Position numbers and translations under genes: made by a program
Part shown: piece by piece, positions 1 to 10,552 of the stretch
How positions within the stretch are numbered: position 1 is the stretch's first letter
Layout: each line of letters starts with the position of its first letter
IMG/VR virus record: IMGVR_UViG_3300034117_002447
Coordinates: 207,291 to 271,290 of that record
Reading direction: 5' to 3' (one strand)
Length of the DNA stretch: 64,000 nucleotides
Notes under the pieces: generated by a model
Databases searched by the model: none
What the model saw: the letters and a program-made list of their open reading frames with translations, nothing else
Told to the model about the DNA's origin: nothing

Positions 1-2
1 GA

Positions 3-3000
3 TCCATTAGAACCTGAGGTTCCAGAAGAACCTGAAGTACCGGATGTACCATTTGAACCATCTACTCCGCTTATACCTGAAGTACCAGAAGTACCTCGTG
101 TTCCAGAAGAACCTGAGCTACCATTTGAACCACTTGTTCCAGAAGAACCGTTTGAACCTGAAGTTCCACTTGATCCGTTTGAACCTGAAGTTCCAGAAGA
201 ACCATTAGAGCCTGAAGTACCAGCAGAACCTGAAGTTCCAGATACTCCATCTATACCGGAAGTACCAGAAGAACCGGCTGTTCCGGAACTTCCATTTGAT
301 CCTGAAGTACCGCTTGAGCCGTTTGAACCAGAAGTACCTGACGTTCCTGAGCTGCCGTTTGAACCTGAAGTTCCAGCTGTTCCAGAAGAACCATTAGAAC
401 CGCTTGTCCCAGAAGTACCTGAGCTACCATTAGAACCAGATGTTCCACTTGAGCCGTTTGAACCAGAAGTACCGGCGGTTCCTGAGGTTCCAGACGTACC
501 TGAAGTTCCTGAGGTTCCGCTTGTACCAGTCGATCCTGACGTTCCGGATGTTCCGCTTGTACCAGCAGTGCCTGATGAACCTGATGTTCCAGAAGAACTT
601 GAAATTTGGCCAGTTGAGGTTAACACAAAAGAGTAATTTTGAGTTCCCTCAGTGTACCAAGTCACATCATGATTTCCACTAGACTGATCGACTACGTATA
701 TTTTAACAATCATTCTATCCGTTGGATTAATAGTTGTTGTTGGTAGCACTACATCAACGTTAGCTTCAACTGGAATCGTTGAACTAATCCAACCTATAAG
801 AACTTGATTAGTTGGTATTACTGTTCCATAACTAACACCTGCACTATTTGCTAATTCAATAGTAACAAATGTGTCTGTATTAAATCCTGCGCCGTCTTTT
901 AAGAAATGTAAATGGAATCTTTGTGTTCCTCCTGGTATTACAGAAAATCCTAATTCAGGAGTTATAAATTGTTGTACTAATACTGGAGTAGTACCTGTTG
1001 TAGTTTTAAGTATTGATTGTTGAGCAGCGCCGGTCGGATTAATATTTAGGTCTCTATACGTACCTATTCCAGAAGCAACTGACTGATTAAAATAATAAAT
1101 TTGACCTGCCGATATTCCAGTAGCTCCACTAGTTCCTGAAGAACCAGATGTTCCACTTGAACCGGAAGTTCCAGAAGTTCCGCTTGTTCCAGAAGTTCCT
1201 GACGAACCTGAAGTTCCAGAAGTTCCGCTTGTACCCGCCGTGCCGGATGAACCTGATGTTCCCGAAGTTCCACTTGAACCAGAAGTTCCAGTAGTTCCAG
1301 AAGAACCTGATGTTCCAGCCGTTCCGCTTGATCCATTTGAACCAGATGTTCCTGACGAACCAGAAGTACCTGAGCTACCGTCTGAACCTGAAGTTCCAGA
1401 AGAACCATTTGTTCCTGAGACTCCGTCTATTCCAGAAGTACCTGAAGAACCATCTGATCCTGACGTTCCAGAAGAACCATTTGAACCTGATGTACCAGAT
1501 GTTCCTGACGAACCATTAGAACCACTTGTTCCAGAAGTACCTGAGCTACCATTTGAACCGGAAGTCCCTGATGTTCCAGAAGAACCGTTAGAACCTGATG
1601 TTCCTGACGAACCAGAAGTACCTGAGCTACCGTCTGAACCCGATGTTCCAGAAGAACCGTTTGAACCTGAAGTACCAGATGAACCGTTAGAACCTGATGT
1701 TCCTGACGAACCAGAAGTACCTGAGCTACCGGCTGAACCTGACGTACCAGAAGAACCATTTGTTCCTGAGACTCCGTCTATTCCACTAGTACCTGAAGAA
1801 CCATCTGAGCCTGAAGTTCCAGAAGAACCATTTGAACCTGATGTACCAGAGGTACCATTTGAACCTGAAGTTCCAGAAGAACCATTTGAACCAGAAGTAC
1901 CTGATGTTCCAGAAGAACCGTTTGAACCTGAAGTACCAGTTGAACCAGAAGTACCGGATGTTCCTGAAGAACCGTCTGAACCTGAAGTTCCTGAAGAACC
2001 GTTTGAACCTGATGTTCCAGAGCTACCATTTGAACCTGAAGTACCTGAAGTACCTGAGCTACCATCTGAGCCGGAAGTTCCGCTTGAGCCGTTTGTTCCT
2101 GAGACTCCATCTATTCCAGAAGTTCCAGAAGAACCGTCTGAACCTGATGTACCGCTTGAGCCGTTAGAGCCTGAAGTACCAGATGTACCAGATGTTCCCG
2201 AAGAACCGTTAGAACCTGAAGTACCTGAAGTTCCAGAAGAACCTGAAGTACCAGAGCTACCGTTTGAGCCTGAAGTACCTGAGCTACCGTCTGAGCCACT
2301 AGTACCAGAAGAACCATTTGAACCAGATGTTCCTGAAGTACCAGAGCTACCATTTGAACCGGAGGTACCTGATGTTCCAGAAGAACCTGAAGTACCTGAG
2401 CTACCATCTGAACCTGATGTTCCCGAAGAACCATTTGTTCCAGAAACTCCGTCTATTCCAGAAGTTCCAGAAGAACCGTCTGAACCGCTAGTACCGCTTG
2501 AGCCGTTTGAACCCGAAGTTCCAGAAGAACCGTTTGAACCTGAAGTTCCGCTTGTGCCGGAAGTTCCAGCTGAACCACTTGTTCCACTTGATCCGCTAGT
2601 ACCCGAGCTACCATTTGAGCCACTAGTACCTGAGCTACCATTTGAACCTGAAGTACCCGAAGTACCAGATGAACCAGAAGTACCGCTTGAGCCGTTTGAA
2701 CCTGAAGTTCCTGAAGTACCTGAAGAACCGTTAGAACCAGAAGTACCTGAGCTACCGTCTGAACCTGACGTACCTGCTGAACCTGAAGTTCCTGATACAC
2801 CATCTATTCCAGAAGTACCTGAAGAACCATCTGAACCTGAAGTTCCAGAAGAACCGTTTGAACCTGATGTACCGGATGTTCCAGAAGAACCGTTTGATCC
2901 TGAAGTTCCAGAAGAACCATCTGAACCTGACGTACCAGATGAACCATTTGTTCCTGAGACTCCATCTATTCCTGATGTACCTGAGCTACCGTCTGATCCT

Positions 3001-4916
3001 GAAGTACCTGAGGTACCATTTGAACCTGAAGTACCTGAGGTACCATTTGAACCGTTTGAACCTGAAGTTCCGTTTGAACCCGAAGTTCCAGAAGAACCAT
3101 CTGAACCGGACGTACCGGCAGAACCTGAAGTTCCTGATACTCCGTCTATTCCAGAAGTACCTGAGCTACCGTCTGATCCTGAAGTACCTGAGCTACCGTT
3201 TGATCCTGAAGTTCCAGAGCTACCATTTGAACCTGAAGTACCTGAGGTACCATTTGAACCTGAAGTACCGCTTGAGCCATCTGACCCTGAAGTTCCAGCC
3301 GAACCTGATGTTCCTGAGACTCCGTCTATTCCTGATGTTCCGGAAGATCCATTTGAACCAGAAGTTCCAGAAGAACCGTTTGAACCGGAAGTTCCAGAAG
3401 AACCATTTGAACCGGAAGTACCTGAGCTACCGTCTGAACCTGACGTACCTGCTGAACCTGAAGTTCCGGAAACTCCGTCTATTCCTGATGTTCCCGAAGA
3501 ACCGTCTGACCCTGAAGTTCCAGAGCTACCATTTGAGCCTGATGTACCGCTTGAGCCGTTAGAACCTGAAGTTCCAGAAGAACCGTTTGAGCCTGATGTT
3601 CCAGAGCTACCGTCTGAACCGCTTGTTCCAGAAGAACCGCTTGTTCCTGAGACTCCATCTATTCCTGAAGTACCTGAACTACCGTCTGAACCAGAAGTAC
3701 CTGAAGTACCGGCTGACCCTGAAGTACCTGATGTTCCCGAAGAACCTGAAGTACCTGAGCTACCGTCTGAACCTGAAGTTCCAGCTGAACCTGAAGTTCC
3801 GGAAACTCCATCTATTCCTGAAGTACCTGAGCTACCGTCTGAACCAGAAGTACCTGAAGAACCTGATGTACCAGTTGAACCAGAAGTACCTGATGTACCT
3901 GATGTACCTGAGCTACCGTCTGAACCTGAAGTTCCAGAAGAACCGTTTGTTCCAGAGACTCCATCTATTCCTGAAGTACCTGAGCTACCGTCTGAACCAG
4001 AAGTACCTGAAGAACCTGATGTACCAGTTGAACCAGAAGTACCTGATGTACCTGAGCTGCCGTCTGAACCTGAAGTTCCAGAAGAACCGTTTGTTCCAGA
4101 GACTCCATCTATTCCTGAAGTACCAGAGCTGCCATCTGCACCAGAAGTCCCAGCTGAACCAGACGTTCCACTTGAACCGTTTGAGCCGGATGTACCAGAA
4201 GTACCGGTTGAACCGGACGTACCTGAAGTACCTGACGTACCAGATGAACCGGCAGTACCGGAAGTTCCACTTGTTCCTGAAGTACCGGATGAACTAGTAA
4301 GTCCATCTTCTAATGTTGTACCAATATAGTAAAAACCTTTAATATATGGATCAACTGATCCATAAGTAGAAGTTAAATAAGTAACCATTGAATCTGATAA
4401 TAGTAGAATACCATTATCGTAATTAAAAACCCAACTTACTTCAGTGCCTGCATTATCAGTAGTTAAGATTTGGGTTCCGCCTGATGCAGGATTACCATTC
4501 CAAAATTCAGCGGTCCATCCAATTGAAGGAGCACCGCTTGCTTGCAATATCTTTTGAGGTTGAATCCAGTCTAGGATTTGTGTGTTAAAATCGTTAAGCG
4601 TCGAACAGGCTACCCATGTAGTATTATTACCTGAAATAACTTGACTTAATTCTACGGCATTTCCTGTAGAATATGCGTCTGCTACAATCGTTTCCAACGG
4701 TTGACCTGATGCTAATAGAGCAACAGCCGCTGATTTATTTGCAACTGGGTTTTGTTTAACAACATCGAACTGAGTTAAAACTCGAGCAGCTGATATATTA
4801 GGGTTAAACGCAAACTTTGCTTCGTACCAATTAAAATTAGAGGCAGAATCAATTACGTTTGCGGCTTGGACCTTAAATACGAGTTTTAATCTTTCATTAT
4901 CTGTATAGCCTGCCAT
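3..4916 (-). CDS. Giant Gly-Ser-Thr collagen-like (Gly-X-Y) virion/fiber protein, 3'-truncated by the window edge (>=1638 aa)
   Basis: Translated by hand from ATG at 4916 ([24 protein letters not shown]...). About 210 aa of N-terminal domain, then GTS/GSS/GSN/GID triplets from ~4286 to ~1113, a ~170-aa globular insert ([10 protein letters not shown]...DRMIVKIY...[12 protein letters not shown], ~1110-600), then more Gly-X-Y to the window edge with no stop. Absent from the ORF track because it has no stop in the window. Confidence 0.92.
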   Translation of the reverse strand, partial: MAGYTDNERLKLVFKVQAANVIDSASNFNWYEAKFAFNPNISAARVLTQFDVVKQNPVANKSAAVALLASGQPLETIVADAYSTGNAVELSQVISGNNTTWVACSTLNDFNTQILDWIQPQKILQASGAPSIGWTAEFWNGNPASGGTQILTTDNAGTEVSWVFNYDNGILLLSDSMVTYLTSTYGSVDPYIKGFYYIGTTLEDGLTSSSGTSGTSGTSGTAGSSGTSGTSGTSGSTGTSGTSGSNGSSGTSGSAGTSGADGSSGTSGIDGVSGTNGSSGTSGSDGSSGTSGTSGSTGTSGSSGTSGSDGSSGTSGIDGVSGTNGSSGTSGSDGSSGTSGTSGTSGSTGTSGSSGTSGSDGSSGTSGIDGVSGTSGSAGTSGSDGSSGTSGSSGTSGTSGSAGTSGTSGSDGSSGTSGIDGVSGTSGSSGTSGSDGSSGTSGSNGSSGTSGSNGSSGTSGSNGSSGTSGSDGSSGTSGIDGVSGTSGSAGTSGSDGSSGTSGSNGSSGTSGSNGSSGTSGSNGSSGTSGIDGVSGTSGSAGTSGSDGSSGTSGSNGTSGTSGSNGSSGTSGSNGSSGTSGSDGSSGTSGIDGVSGTSGSAGTSGSDGSSGTSGSNGTSGSNGSNGTSGTSGSNGTSGTSGSDGSSGTSGIDGVSGTNGSSGTSGSDGSSGTSGSNGSSGTSGTSGSNGSSGTSGSDGSSGTSGIDGVSGTSGSAGTSGSDGSSGTSGSNGSSGTSGTSGSNGSSGTSGSSGTSGTSGSNGSSGTSGSNGSSGTSGSSGTSGSAGTSGTSGTSGSNGSSGTSGSNGSSGTSGSDGSSGTSGIDGVSGTNGSSGTSGSDGSSGTSGSSGTSGTSGSNGSSGTSGTSGSNGSSGTSGSDGSSGTSGSNGSSGTSGSSGTSGTSGSNGSSGTSGTSGTSGSNGSSGTSGSDGSSGTSGIDGVSGTNGSSGTSGSDGSSGTSGTSGSNGSSGTSGSNGSSGTSGSDGSSGTSGTSGSTGTSGSNGSSGTSGTSGSNGSSGTSGSNGTSGTSGSNGSSGTSGSDGSSGTSGIDGVSGTNGSSGTSGSAGSSGTSGSSGTSGSNGSSGTSGSNGSSGTSGSDGSSGTSGSSGTSGSNGSSGTSGTSGSNGSSGTSGTSGSNGSSGTSGTSGSNGSSGTSGSDGSSGTSGIDGVSGTNGSSGTSGSDGSSGTSGSSGTSGSNGSSGTAGTSGSSGTTGTSGSSGTSGTSGSSGTAGTSGTSGTSGSSGTSGTSGTSGTSGSSGTSGSSGTSGATGISAGQIYYFNQSVASGIGTYRDLNINPTGAAQQSILKTTTGTTPVLVQQFITPELGFSVIPGGTQRFHLHFLKDGAGFNTDTFVTIELANSAGVSYGTVIPTNQVLIGWISSTIPVEANVDVVLPTTTINPTDRMIVKIYVVDQSSGNHDVTWYTEGTQNYSFVLTSTGQISSSSGTSGSSGTAGTSGTSGTSGSTGTSGTSGTSGTSGTSGTAGTSGSNGSSGTSGSNGSSGTSGTSGSNGSSGTAGTSGSNGSSGTSGTSGSNGSSGTSGSNGSSGTAGSSGTSGIDGVSGTSGSAGTSGSNGSSGTSGSNGSSGTSGSNGSSGTSGSNGSSGSSGTRGTSGTSGISGVDGSNGTSGTSGSSGTSGSNG
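1113..4286 (-). repeat. Uninterrupted 9-nt-register Gly-X-Y repeat tract (~350 triplets)
   Basis: A Gly codon every 9 nt, seen as Pro at every third residue in the antisense shadow ORF. The 13 GIDGV landmarks are all spaced by multiples of 9 nt. Confidence 0.9.
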
Positions 4917-4923
4917 TTACTAA

Positions 4924-5124
4924 TTATATTATTTCGTTTTCTATTGATTCTTCCTGGTTTGCCTCATATAATTGACCTTCGTATTCTGCAACCATAATAT
5001 TAAATTCATTTATTGTTGTTTTAAATACGTTAACCATATCATCAGAAACTCGTATACTAAGAGAAACACTCTGCTTATCTTTATCTATTTTAACCTTAAG
5101 CTTTTTATCGAAACTTTTTTCCAT
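4924..5124 (-). CDS. Small hypothetical protein (66 aa) in the late operon
   Basis: ATG ORF filling the gap between two structural genes on the same strand (7- and 15-nt gaps). Confidence 0.7.
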   Translation of the reverse strand: MEKSFDKKLKVKIDKDKQSVSLSIRVSDDMVNVFKTTINEFNIMVAEYEGQLYEANQEESIENEII

Positions 5125-5139
5125 ATTATTAATTTTTTT

Positions 5140-7023
5140 TTAGTTGAATGTTACAGTCACTGTATCGATTCTAATAGCTGAATTGTGGATTTTAAATTCT
5201 ACGTATATTCCGTTTGTTGCATTAAATCCTCCAAATGTTCCATTTATTGTATTTCCACTGGATGAACCTAATCGGATTTGACCATCAGTTGCACCATCAT
5301 CAAATGTTCCAAAATTATAACCTGAACCGTTTAGGATTAATGGATACGAAGTAGGTCCAAAAACTCCAACGGTTGCTCCTATTTTACGAACAGTTACAGT
5401 AAGAGCACCGCTAATTAAATCAGCTAGAGCAGATCCGCCTGCGAAAGTTCCAGCGAATACCATTGAAAAACTAGGAATTGGAACGCTTGACGAACTTAGT
5501 GTAGTATAAAATTTTCTATAGTACGATGCAGCTGCAGTAAGTGAAGAATAGTTTGGGTTTGAACCATTTAAGTCTGATTTAAAAGCAGCTAGATCGGGTT
5601 GAATTGTTGCAGTATTTGGTGCAGTTAAGAAATATTGATCAGGTCTAACGATTGTACCACCGACAACGCAAGCATTTCCGTTTGATAGACTTGCGGTAGA
5701 AACCCATGCAGTCGTGTAATCGCTTTGTAATCTAAAAGCCTCATCGTCAAATCGCTCTACGTATTGAGTGCTATTTCCACTAGTTGGATATGTGTCCACT
5801 AATATTGAATGAGTTGAAGAAGATTTAGTTCCGCCTGAAGACCATGGATCAAATAGTGAAGCAGTCGCGGCTGCAGTTGCTCCTCGATACCTAAAATTTG
5901 AAGAATTAATCGCCCAATTTAAAATATCATATTCAGCAGCTGTATTGTTGAAGAAATTGGTCCATCCAGTAAAAGTACCAGAAGTTGGTGACCATGCATA
6001 TTCAGCAATAGTTGGAACTCCGTACGATGGTGCAACAAATTGAAAATTAGTATTTGCGCCAAGAGCACGGCCTTGAGTATTTGCGTTTAGGTTATTAATT
6101 GCATCAACGTGTGCACTAAACTGTGAAGTTAGAGTGTAGTACTCAACACCGCTTAGATGCTTGGTTACAATATTTCCTAGAGTTTCTTCGATTGTACAAG
6201 TTGAACCGGCTCCAAAGCTTGGAGTAGATGCATTTGTATCAAAGAAAACTGCAGATTGTGTATAAGTGAAAGTTTGAGCACCATCACTAGTTGAATCAGT
6301 TAGGTTTGTAATAACTATATTGTATTTACCGCCGTCTATTAAACCTACGCCAGATAGTACTTGATCAATATCAACGGTTACGGTAATGTCAGCTTTTTGT
6401 TTTAAACTATCAGTTGCAAAACCGGCAATAATAATGTCAATACCGTCTGTACTTGAATATGTCCCGTCTGCAGTAACTCCCTGAGAAAATGTTGAAATAA
6501 TAGTGGTGCCATCTGCATCATATACATCAACGGTTACCGTAGCGTCTCCGCCTTGACCAGTTACCGCATTTGCTGTACTGAATGAGACTGTGCTACTAGT
6601 TGTCGTTGACTGATTTGTACCTGCCCAAGTTCCAGCCTTAAATGGAGTTCCTTCAGTCGTTGGATTGCTTATTCTAACCGTTGATCTAGCTAAAGTTTCT
6701 GATACTAATCCAGACGAGGTTCCGTCGTTTGTGCCAAAGTGACTTGCGAATGTTGGAGTAGGAACGTAAACATTTATTGTACTTGAATCTCCAGGTTTCT
6801 GAGCTCCAAGTATATCAATTCCAACAAAATTAACTTTTGAATAATTTCCGACAAGAACGCCTTCATCATAAAAATCAATTCCGCTAATTCCACTTGAGCC
6901 GGTATTTGGAGAATCATTCCAATATAAATTACCCGAATTATCTATTGCTAAAAATTTAGTCTTGGTGTTATCCTGGGATACTCCGCTAAGATCAACTTGT
7001 TTTATTTTAAGTTTGTGGGACAT
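5140..7023 (-). CDS. Virion structural / fiber-like protein (627 aa)
   Basis: Ser/Thr/Gly-rich, beta-strand-like composition. First gene behind the late promoter at 7055-7062. Confidence 0.7.
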   Translation of the reverse strand: MSHKLKIKQVDLSGVSQDNTKTKFLAIDNSGNLYWNDSPNTGSSGISGIDFYDEGVLVGNYSKVNFVGIDILGAQKPGDSSTINVYVPTPTFASHFGTNDGTSSGLVSETLARSTVRISNPTTEGTPFKAGTWAGTNQSTTTSSTVSFSTANAVTGQGGDATVTVDVYDADGTTIISTFSQGVTADGTYSSTDGIDIIIAGFATDSLKQKADITVTVDIDQVLSGVGLIDGGKYNIVITNLTDSTSDGAQTFTYTQSAVFFDTNASTPSFGAGSTCTIEETLGNIVTKHLSGVEYYTLTSQFSAHVDAINNLNANTQGRALGANTNFQFVAPSYGVPTIAEYAWSPTSGTFTGWTNFFNNTAAEYDILNWAINSSNFRYRGATAAATASLFDPWSSGGTKSSSTHSILVDTYPTSGNSTQYVERFDDEAFRLQSDYTTAWVSTASLSNGNACVVGGTIVRPDQYFLTAPNTATIQPDLAAFKSDLNGSNPNYSSLTAAASYYRKFYTTLSSSSVPIPSFSMVFAGTFAGGSALADLISGALTVTVRKIGATVGVFGPTSYPLILNGSGYNFGTFDDGATDGQIRLGSSSGNTINGTFGGFNATNGIYVEFKIHNSAIRIDTVTVTFN

Positions 7024-7054
7024 TCGGTTTTAATTTACATTTTTCTACTACAGT

Positions 7055-7062
7055 TATTTATC
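7055..7062 (-). promoter_or_regulatory. T4-like late promoter (GATAAATA)
   Basis: 31 nt upstream of the 627-aa structural gene; same box as the other structural units. Confidence 0.65.
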
Positions 7063-7084
7063 ATCACTAGTAGATCCAAGTAAT

Positions 7085-8041
7085 CTATTTCCGTTTCTCC
7101 TTGGCATATAAAATAGCAGCAACGTATTTCCCAGATGCGCTTTCCGGATCAACGTACGATAGATCAGTATCAAATGGACTACTTGATCGAAAATCTGCTT
7201 TATAAAATAACGTATCTTTGGTTGAATCAGTTACTCCAGCATTGTGCATAATTGGGCACTTATTGTATGCATGGATATCAGAAGTTCCCCAACTAAAATC
7301 AAGTTCAGGAGTAACAATCGTCTGGGCTCCCATTTTCCATGCTCCCCAAAGAACTGACCACATATCAGCACACCACTTTTGAATTGGATTAAATTGAGCC
7401 GCTTCTTCTGTAGATAAATTAGAGCGGTCTTGATGCTCTCTATCACACATGTACTTGTAAATAGTCAATGTGTCCTCGGCTACTTCTTTCCAGAAATCGG
7501 CAGTTACACCTTTCATTAAGTATTGAGCACCGCCTGAGCCAGCCTCATTTGCTTCCACTAATTCCGGTGGAATTCCTGAAAGACTGCATAGATCTGTGAA
7601 AATATCTTCTGATTTGCTCTTAATGTACTTCGCACCAATGTATGAAATTGTGTCGCTTACGTACCAATAAAGATCTCCATGTAGGGCATCAAAGTTAGGA
7701 AGTTCTCTAAAAATAATATCAGAATCATGGTAAAAGACAGTTTCTCCACGAAGTTCCGGATGAGCTCTAAAGTGCTGTTCTAGAATATCAGGTCTTAGGA
7801 TCGGAATGTATCCATAATTTTCAGTTATTCTCTTTTTATAGAAAAAGAATCTTACCATTGGATATTTGGAAGCAAGAGCTCTACCTTCAGGCGAAGGTTC
7901 ATTATCATAGGCAAATAGAATATCTATCCAGTTAGGGTTTATTCCGCTCTTCATAAAATTATGAATTACTACCTCAACTTGCCAATGAAAATACGGGTGG
8001 TCCGGCTGAGCGGACATAAATATAGTCTTCTTAGTTAGCAT
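7085..8041 (-). CDS. GT-A fold glycosyltransferase, resembling peptide O-glycosyltransferases (GT96 SERGT1 / GT95 HPAT-like)
   Basis: DxD motif after a hydrophobic strand (VFYHDSDIIF), with YFHWQ, YIPILRP, GSGGAQY, KWCADMWSVLWG and IMHN in the same order as the motifs I recall for plant SERGT1/HPAT (YFDWQ, Y..INKP/LNRP, DAD, W..EMY, HY). Confidence 0.7.
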   Translation of the reverse strand: MLTKKTIFMSAQPDHPYFHWQVEVVIHNFMKSGINPNWIDILFAYDNEPSPEGRALASKYPMVRFFFYKKRITENYGYIPILRPDILEQHFRAHPELRGETVFYHDSDIIFRELPNFDALHGDLYWYVSDTISYIGAKYIKSKSEDIFTDLCSLSGIPPELVEANEAGSGGAQYLMKGVTADFWKEVAEDTLTIYKYMCDREHQDRSNLSTEEAAQFNPIQKWCADMWSVLWGAWKMGAQTIVTPELDFSWGTSDIHAYNKCPIMHNAGVTDSTKDTLFYKADFRSSSPFDTDLSYVDPESASGKYVAAILYAKEKRK

Positions 8042-8071
8042 ACTAATTTATACTACTAATTGGCTTAAGGT

Positions 8072-10498
8072 TTATCCTCTAATGGTAGTAGTTGTAGTTA
8101 GATATTCAGTTACGTTAACTTCATACAGACACTCATCTAATATGATTTTCCACTTACCAATTGGGTCGATTGTAAATATACCTTCGATTATAGTATCAGA
8201 TCCGTCGATTGTTACAGTATACATACCTTCTGAAATAGGCGCGTTTATATTATCAAATATTTGAATTACTGAATACTCAGTTGTTGATAAAACAAACGAT
8301 ATAGTCTTAGCCTCACGGTCTTGATAATACTCAATTGATACAGATGGGCATCCAATTGTAGTAGTAGTGGTAGTTGATGGAGCAAGCGTAGTGGTTGTGG
8401 TCGTTGCCGCTAGCGTTGTAGTCGTAGTAGTAATTCCGCTATACAGTCCGCAATCTATCACAGTTAAAGTTTGAGCACCTGCATCAAATTCATAACAGAA
8501 TGTACATGTCGAGTTAATTGTTACTTTGAGAGGTCCATCGATTAGCGCTAAATTTTCAGCCGGAATTCTAGTTGTACCTGTGTAAATAATATCGGCAAAT
8601 TGCTGGATCGTATAAAGTAATCCTCCAGGCCCAGTAACTTGAAAAGTATATTGACTTTCGCCAGTCTGGGATGGAGTAACTGTGAATTCGCTACATGGAT
8701 CAATCGTCGTCGTTGTAGTAGTCGGAGCAATCGTCGTTGTAGTAGTCGGAGCGATTGTTGTAGTGGTAGTCGGCTCAATTGTCGTAGTAGTAGTCGGCTC
8801 AATTGTCGTAGTAGTAGTCGGAGCGATTGTTGTAGTGGTAGTCGGTGCAATCGTCGTAGTAGTCGGCGCAATTGTCGTCGTAGTGGTTGGAGCAGCGGTG
8901 GTAGTTGTTGTGGTAACTGCACCAAACTCAACGTTAACTACGTATTGGCAGCCTGCCGCATTGGTAAACGTGTACGTACCATATACGGTATTAATATTTG
9001 AAGATAAGTACTCAGAATCAGTTCTGTTAAATATCCATGAAAGACTTATGTTAACTCCATGCAATTCAGTCAGATTGTAGGTAGGTCCACCTGCTGACGC
9101 AAAGACTACTGAATACGGACCAGTTGGAGTTCCTATAAATGATATGACTGTTGCATTTAAGTTTTCAGCAACTGAGTAATTAATTGAGCCTGGAGCACAA
9201 GTCGTTGTTGTACTTGTTGGTGCGATCGTAGTAGTCAAGGTAGGCGAAACCGTTGTAGTTGTTGTAGTTGGAGTAGCCTGAAAAGGAATAGCGTAAAAAG
9301 GACTAAATGAGGTTACTTGCGCCCATATTTTTCTAGTTGCATAGTCAGGAGCATACGGTCCAGTTAAGACAGTTTCATCAACATAGACTCCATTTACATT
9401 ATGGAATATTCGAACTGTGTCAAATACCGGCTCAGTCATTGCTTGAGGTAGAGTAAATTCAAGAAGAGCTCCAATAGTTAATGGAGTTGAAATATCAAAT
9501 GCCATTGCTGCATTATTTAAGTAATAACCTGCCGGTAAAATACCAGATGGAGATAGAGTCGGCGCTGGTACAGAACATACTGTGATTGGCGCAGATTCTG
9601 TAGCGTTTGTATCTAACACAACCGATACTCCAACCTGTGGGTGATTCGTTGAACTTTGACCAGCTTGCACAATTTCGGTCGTACATAAAACGCCAGCTGC
9701 TCCGCAATAAGGATCAGCTGATGTGTAAATTAGAGTTACAAAATCGCCACCGTCTAGTCCATATCCAGCAACAGAAGTGTTCCAATAAAGTTCATCAGTT
9801 GAATCAACTGCCCCGTAATTACTTGCAGTAGTCCCATTGTCTTTACTAAAGTACGCTGGCGCTACTTTGGTGCCATCTCCTATGATTATTTGTTGGCCGT
9901 TAATGAACAATAAGTACTCACTAGTCGTGATCGGCGCGGGCATCGGAAGTAATCCTGGTGAAACTAAAGCAGAGTCTCCAGTAATTACATTTGGCGTTAC
10001 CGATCTGGTTACAGCCGCTCTACAAGAACCTGCACCGCCTCCGCTGAGTAGCGTCCAGCCAGTTGATACTAAATATCCATAAAATCCTTCAATTCGGCCG
10101 CCCTGTTGAGTAATGTAGATTACTTCTCCTGGAACTCCAGTTGGCGGAATTGCTCCGTATACTTTAAGTCGAAGCCTTTTACCTTCAACTACATCTTCCA
10201 TTACCGCATTTTTACCGGTGATTGCGCCAGTTGGGTAGAGTTTTATTACTTCAGGATACGACCCATTTTGTTGCTGTGCACCGTATACAGTTAGACCTTG
10301 CCTAACGATGATTGTGTTTGCTGAAATTCCTTCAATGTCAACTGAAACTCCACCAGTTTGATCGAAGTTAACGGCTGATAGAAACTCAGTTATTGCTGAC
10401 TTTATTGTGCTAAAATTAAAATTAGCCAAATCAACAACGCTAGTTAAGCTAGCACCGTTAATTGATTTTACACTTGAAATTTTTAATTGAATTGACAT
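8072..10498 (-). CDS. Mucin-like Thr-rich multidomain virion protein (808 aa)
   Basis: Globular segments separated by Thr-run linkers, including (T4-6)I[AED]P x8. The N-terminal LANFNF segment is shared with other fiber genes. Lies behind the late promoter at 10527. Confidence 0.75.
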   Translation of the reverse strand: MSIQLKISSVKSINGASLTSVVDLANFNFSTIKSAITEFLSAVNFDQTGGVSVDIEGISANTIIVRQGLTVYGAQQQNGSYPEVIKLYPTGAITGKNAVMEDVVEGKRLRLKVYGAIPPTGVPGEVIYITQQGGRIEGFYGYLVSTGWTLLSGGGAGSCRAAVTRSVTPNVITGDSALVSPGLLPMPAPITTSEYLLFINGQQIIIGDGTKVAPAYFSKDNGTTASNYGAVDSTDELYWNTSVAGYGLDGGDFVTLIYTSADPYCGAAGVLCTTEIVQAGQSSTNHPQVGVSVVLDTNATESAPITVCSVPAPTLSPSGILPAGYYLNNAAMAFDISTPLTIGALLEFTLPQAMTEPVFDTVRIFHNVNGVYVDETVLTGPYAPDYATRKIWAQVTSFSPFYAIPFQATPTTTTTTVSPTLTTTIAPTSTTTTCAPGSINYSVAENLNATVISFIGTPTGPYSVVFASAGGPTYNLTELHGVNISLSWIFNRTDSEYLSSNINTVYGTYTFTNAAGCQYVVNVEFGAVTTTTTTAAPTTTTTIAPTTTTIAPTTTTTIAPTTTTTIEPTTTTTIEPTTTTTIAPTTTTTIAPTTTTTTIDPCSEFTVTPSQTGESQYTFQVTGPGGLLYTIQQFADIIYTGTTRIPAENLALIDGPLKVTINSTCTFCYEFDAGAQTLTVIDCGLYSGITTTTTTLAATTTTTTLAPSTTTTTTIGCPSVSIEYYQDREAKTISFVLSTTEYSVIQIFDNINAPISEGMYTVTIDGSDTIIEGIFTIDPIGKWKIILDECLYEVNVTEYLTTTTTIRG
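8695..8925 (-). repeat. Mucin-like TTTTTI[A/E/D]P tandem repeat (8 units plus a TTTTTTAAP lead)
   Basis: Read directly from the translation. Further Thr tracts at ~9200-9275, ~8370-8430 and the C-terminus. Confidence 0.9.
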
Positions 10499-10526
10499 CG
10501 TTATTTAAAGTATCTAACTTTTTAGT

Positions 10527-10534
10527 TATTTATT
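10527..10534 (-). promoter_or_regulatory. T4-like late promoter (AATAAATA)
   Basis: Upstream of the mucin-like gene and glycosyltransferase unit. Confidence 0.65.
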
Positions 10535-10552
10535 AACTTGAAAGAAGAATCG

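Noticed and set aside
1113-4286. CRISPR-like periodicity in the repeat tract
   Set aside because: No constant repeat with unique spacers; variation is synonymous and in 9-nt codon register, i.e. protein-coding. No cas genes.
251-4306. Many short V/L/Q/E-rich minus-strand and F/L/N/K-rich plus-strand ORFs in the repeat
   Set aside because: Alternative frames of the same repeat; the minus-strand ones mostly end at the TAG inside each GIDG landmark.
1240-4329. 1029-aa plus-strand 'PEVPEEP' ORF (titin PEVK-like look)
   Set aside because: Antisense shadow: GGN/TCN/ACN codons on the minus strand force Pro every third residue and exclude stops. The minus frame has a proper ATG, non-repetitive domains and operon context.
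8548-9080. Val-rich, Arg/Ser-rich and Leu/Arg-rich ORFs over the Thr repeats
   Set aside because: Shadow frames of the TTTTTIAP repeat.
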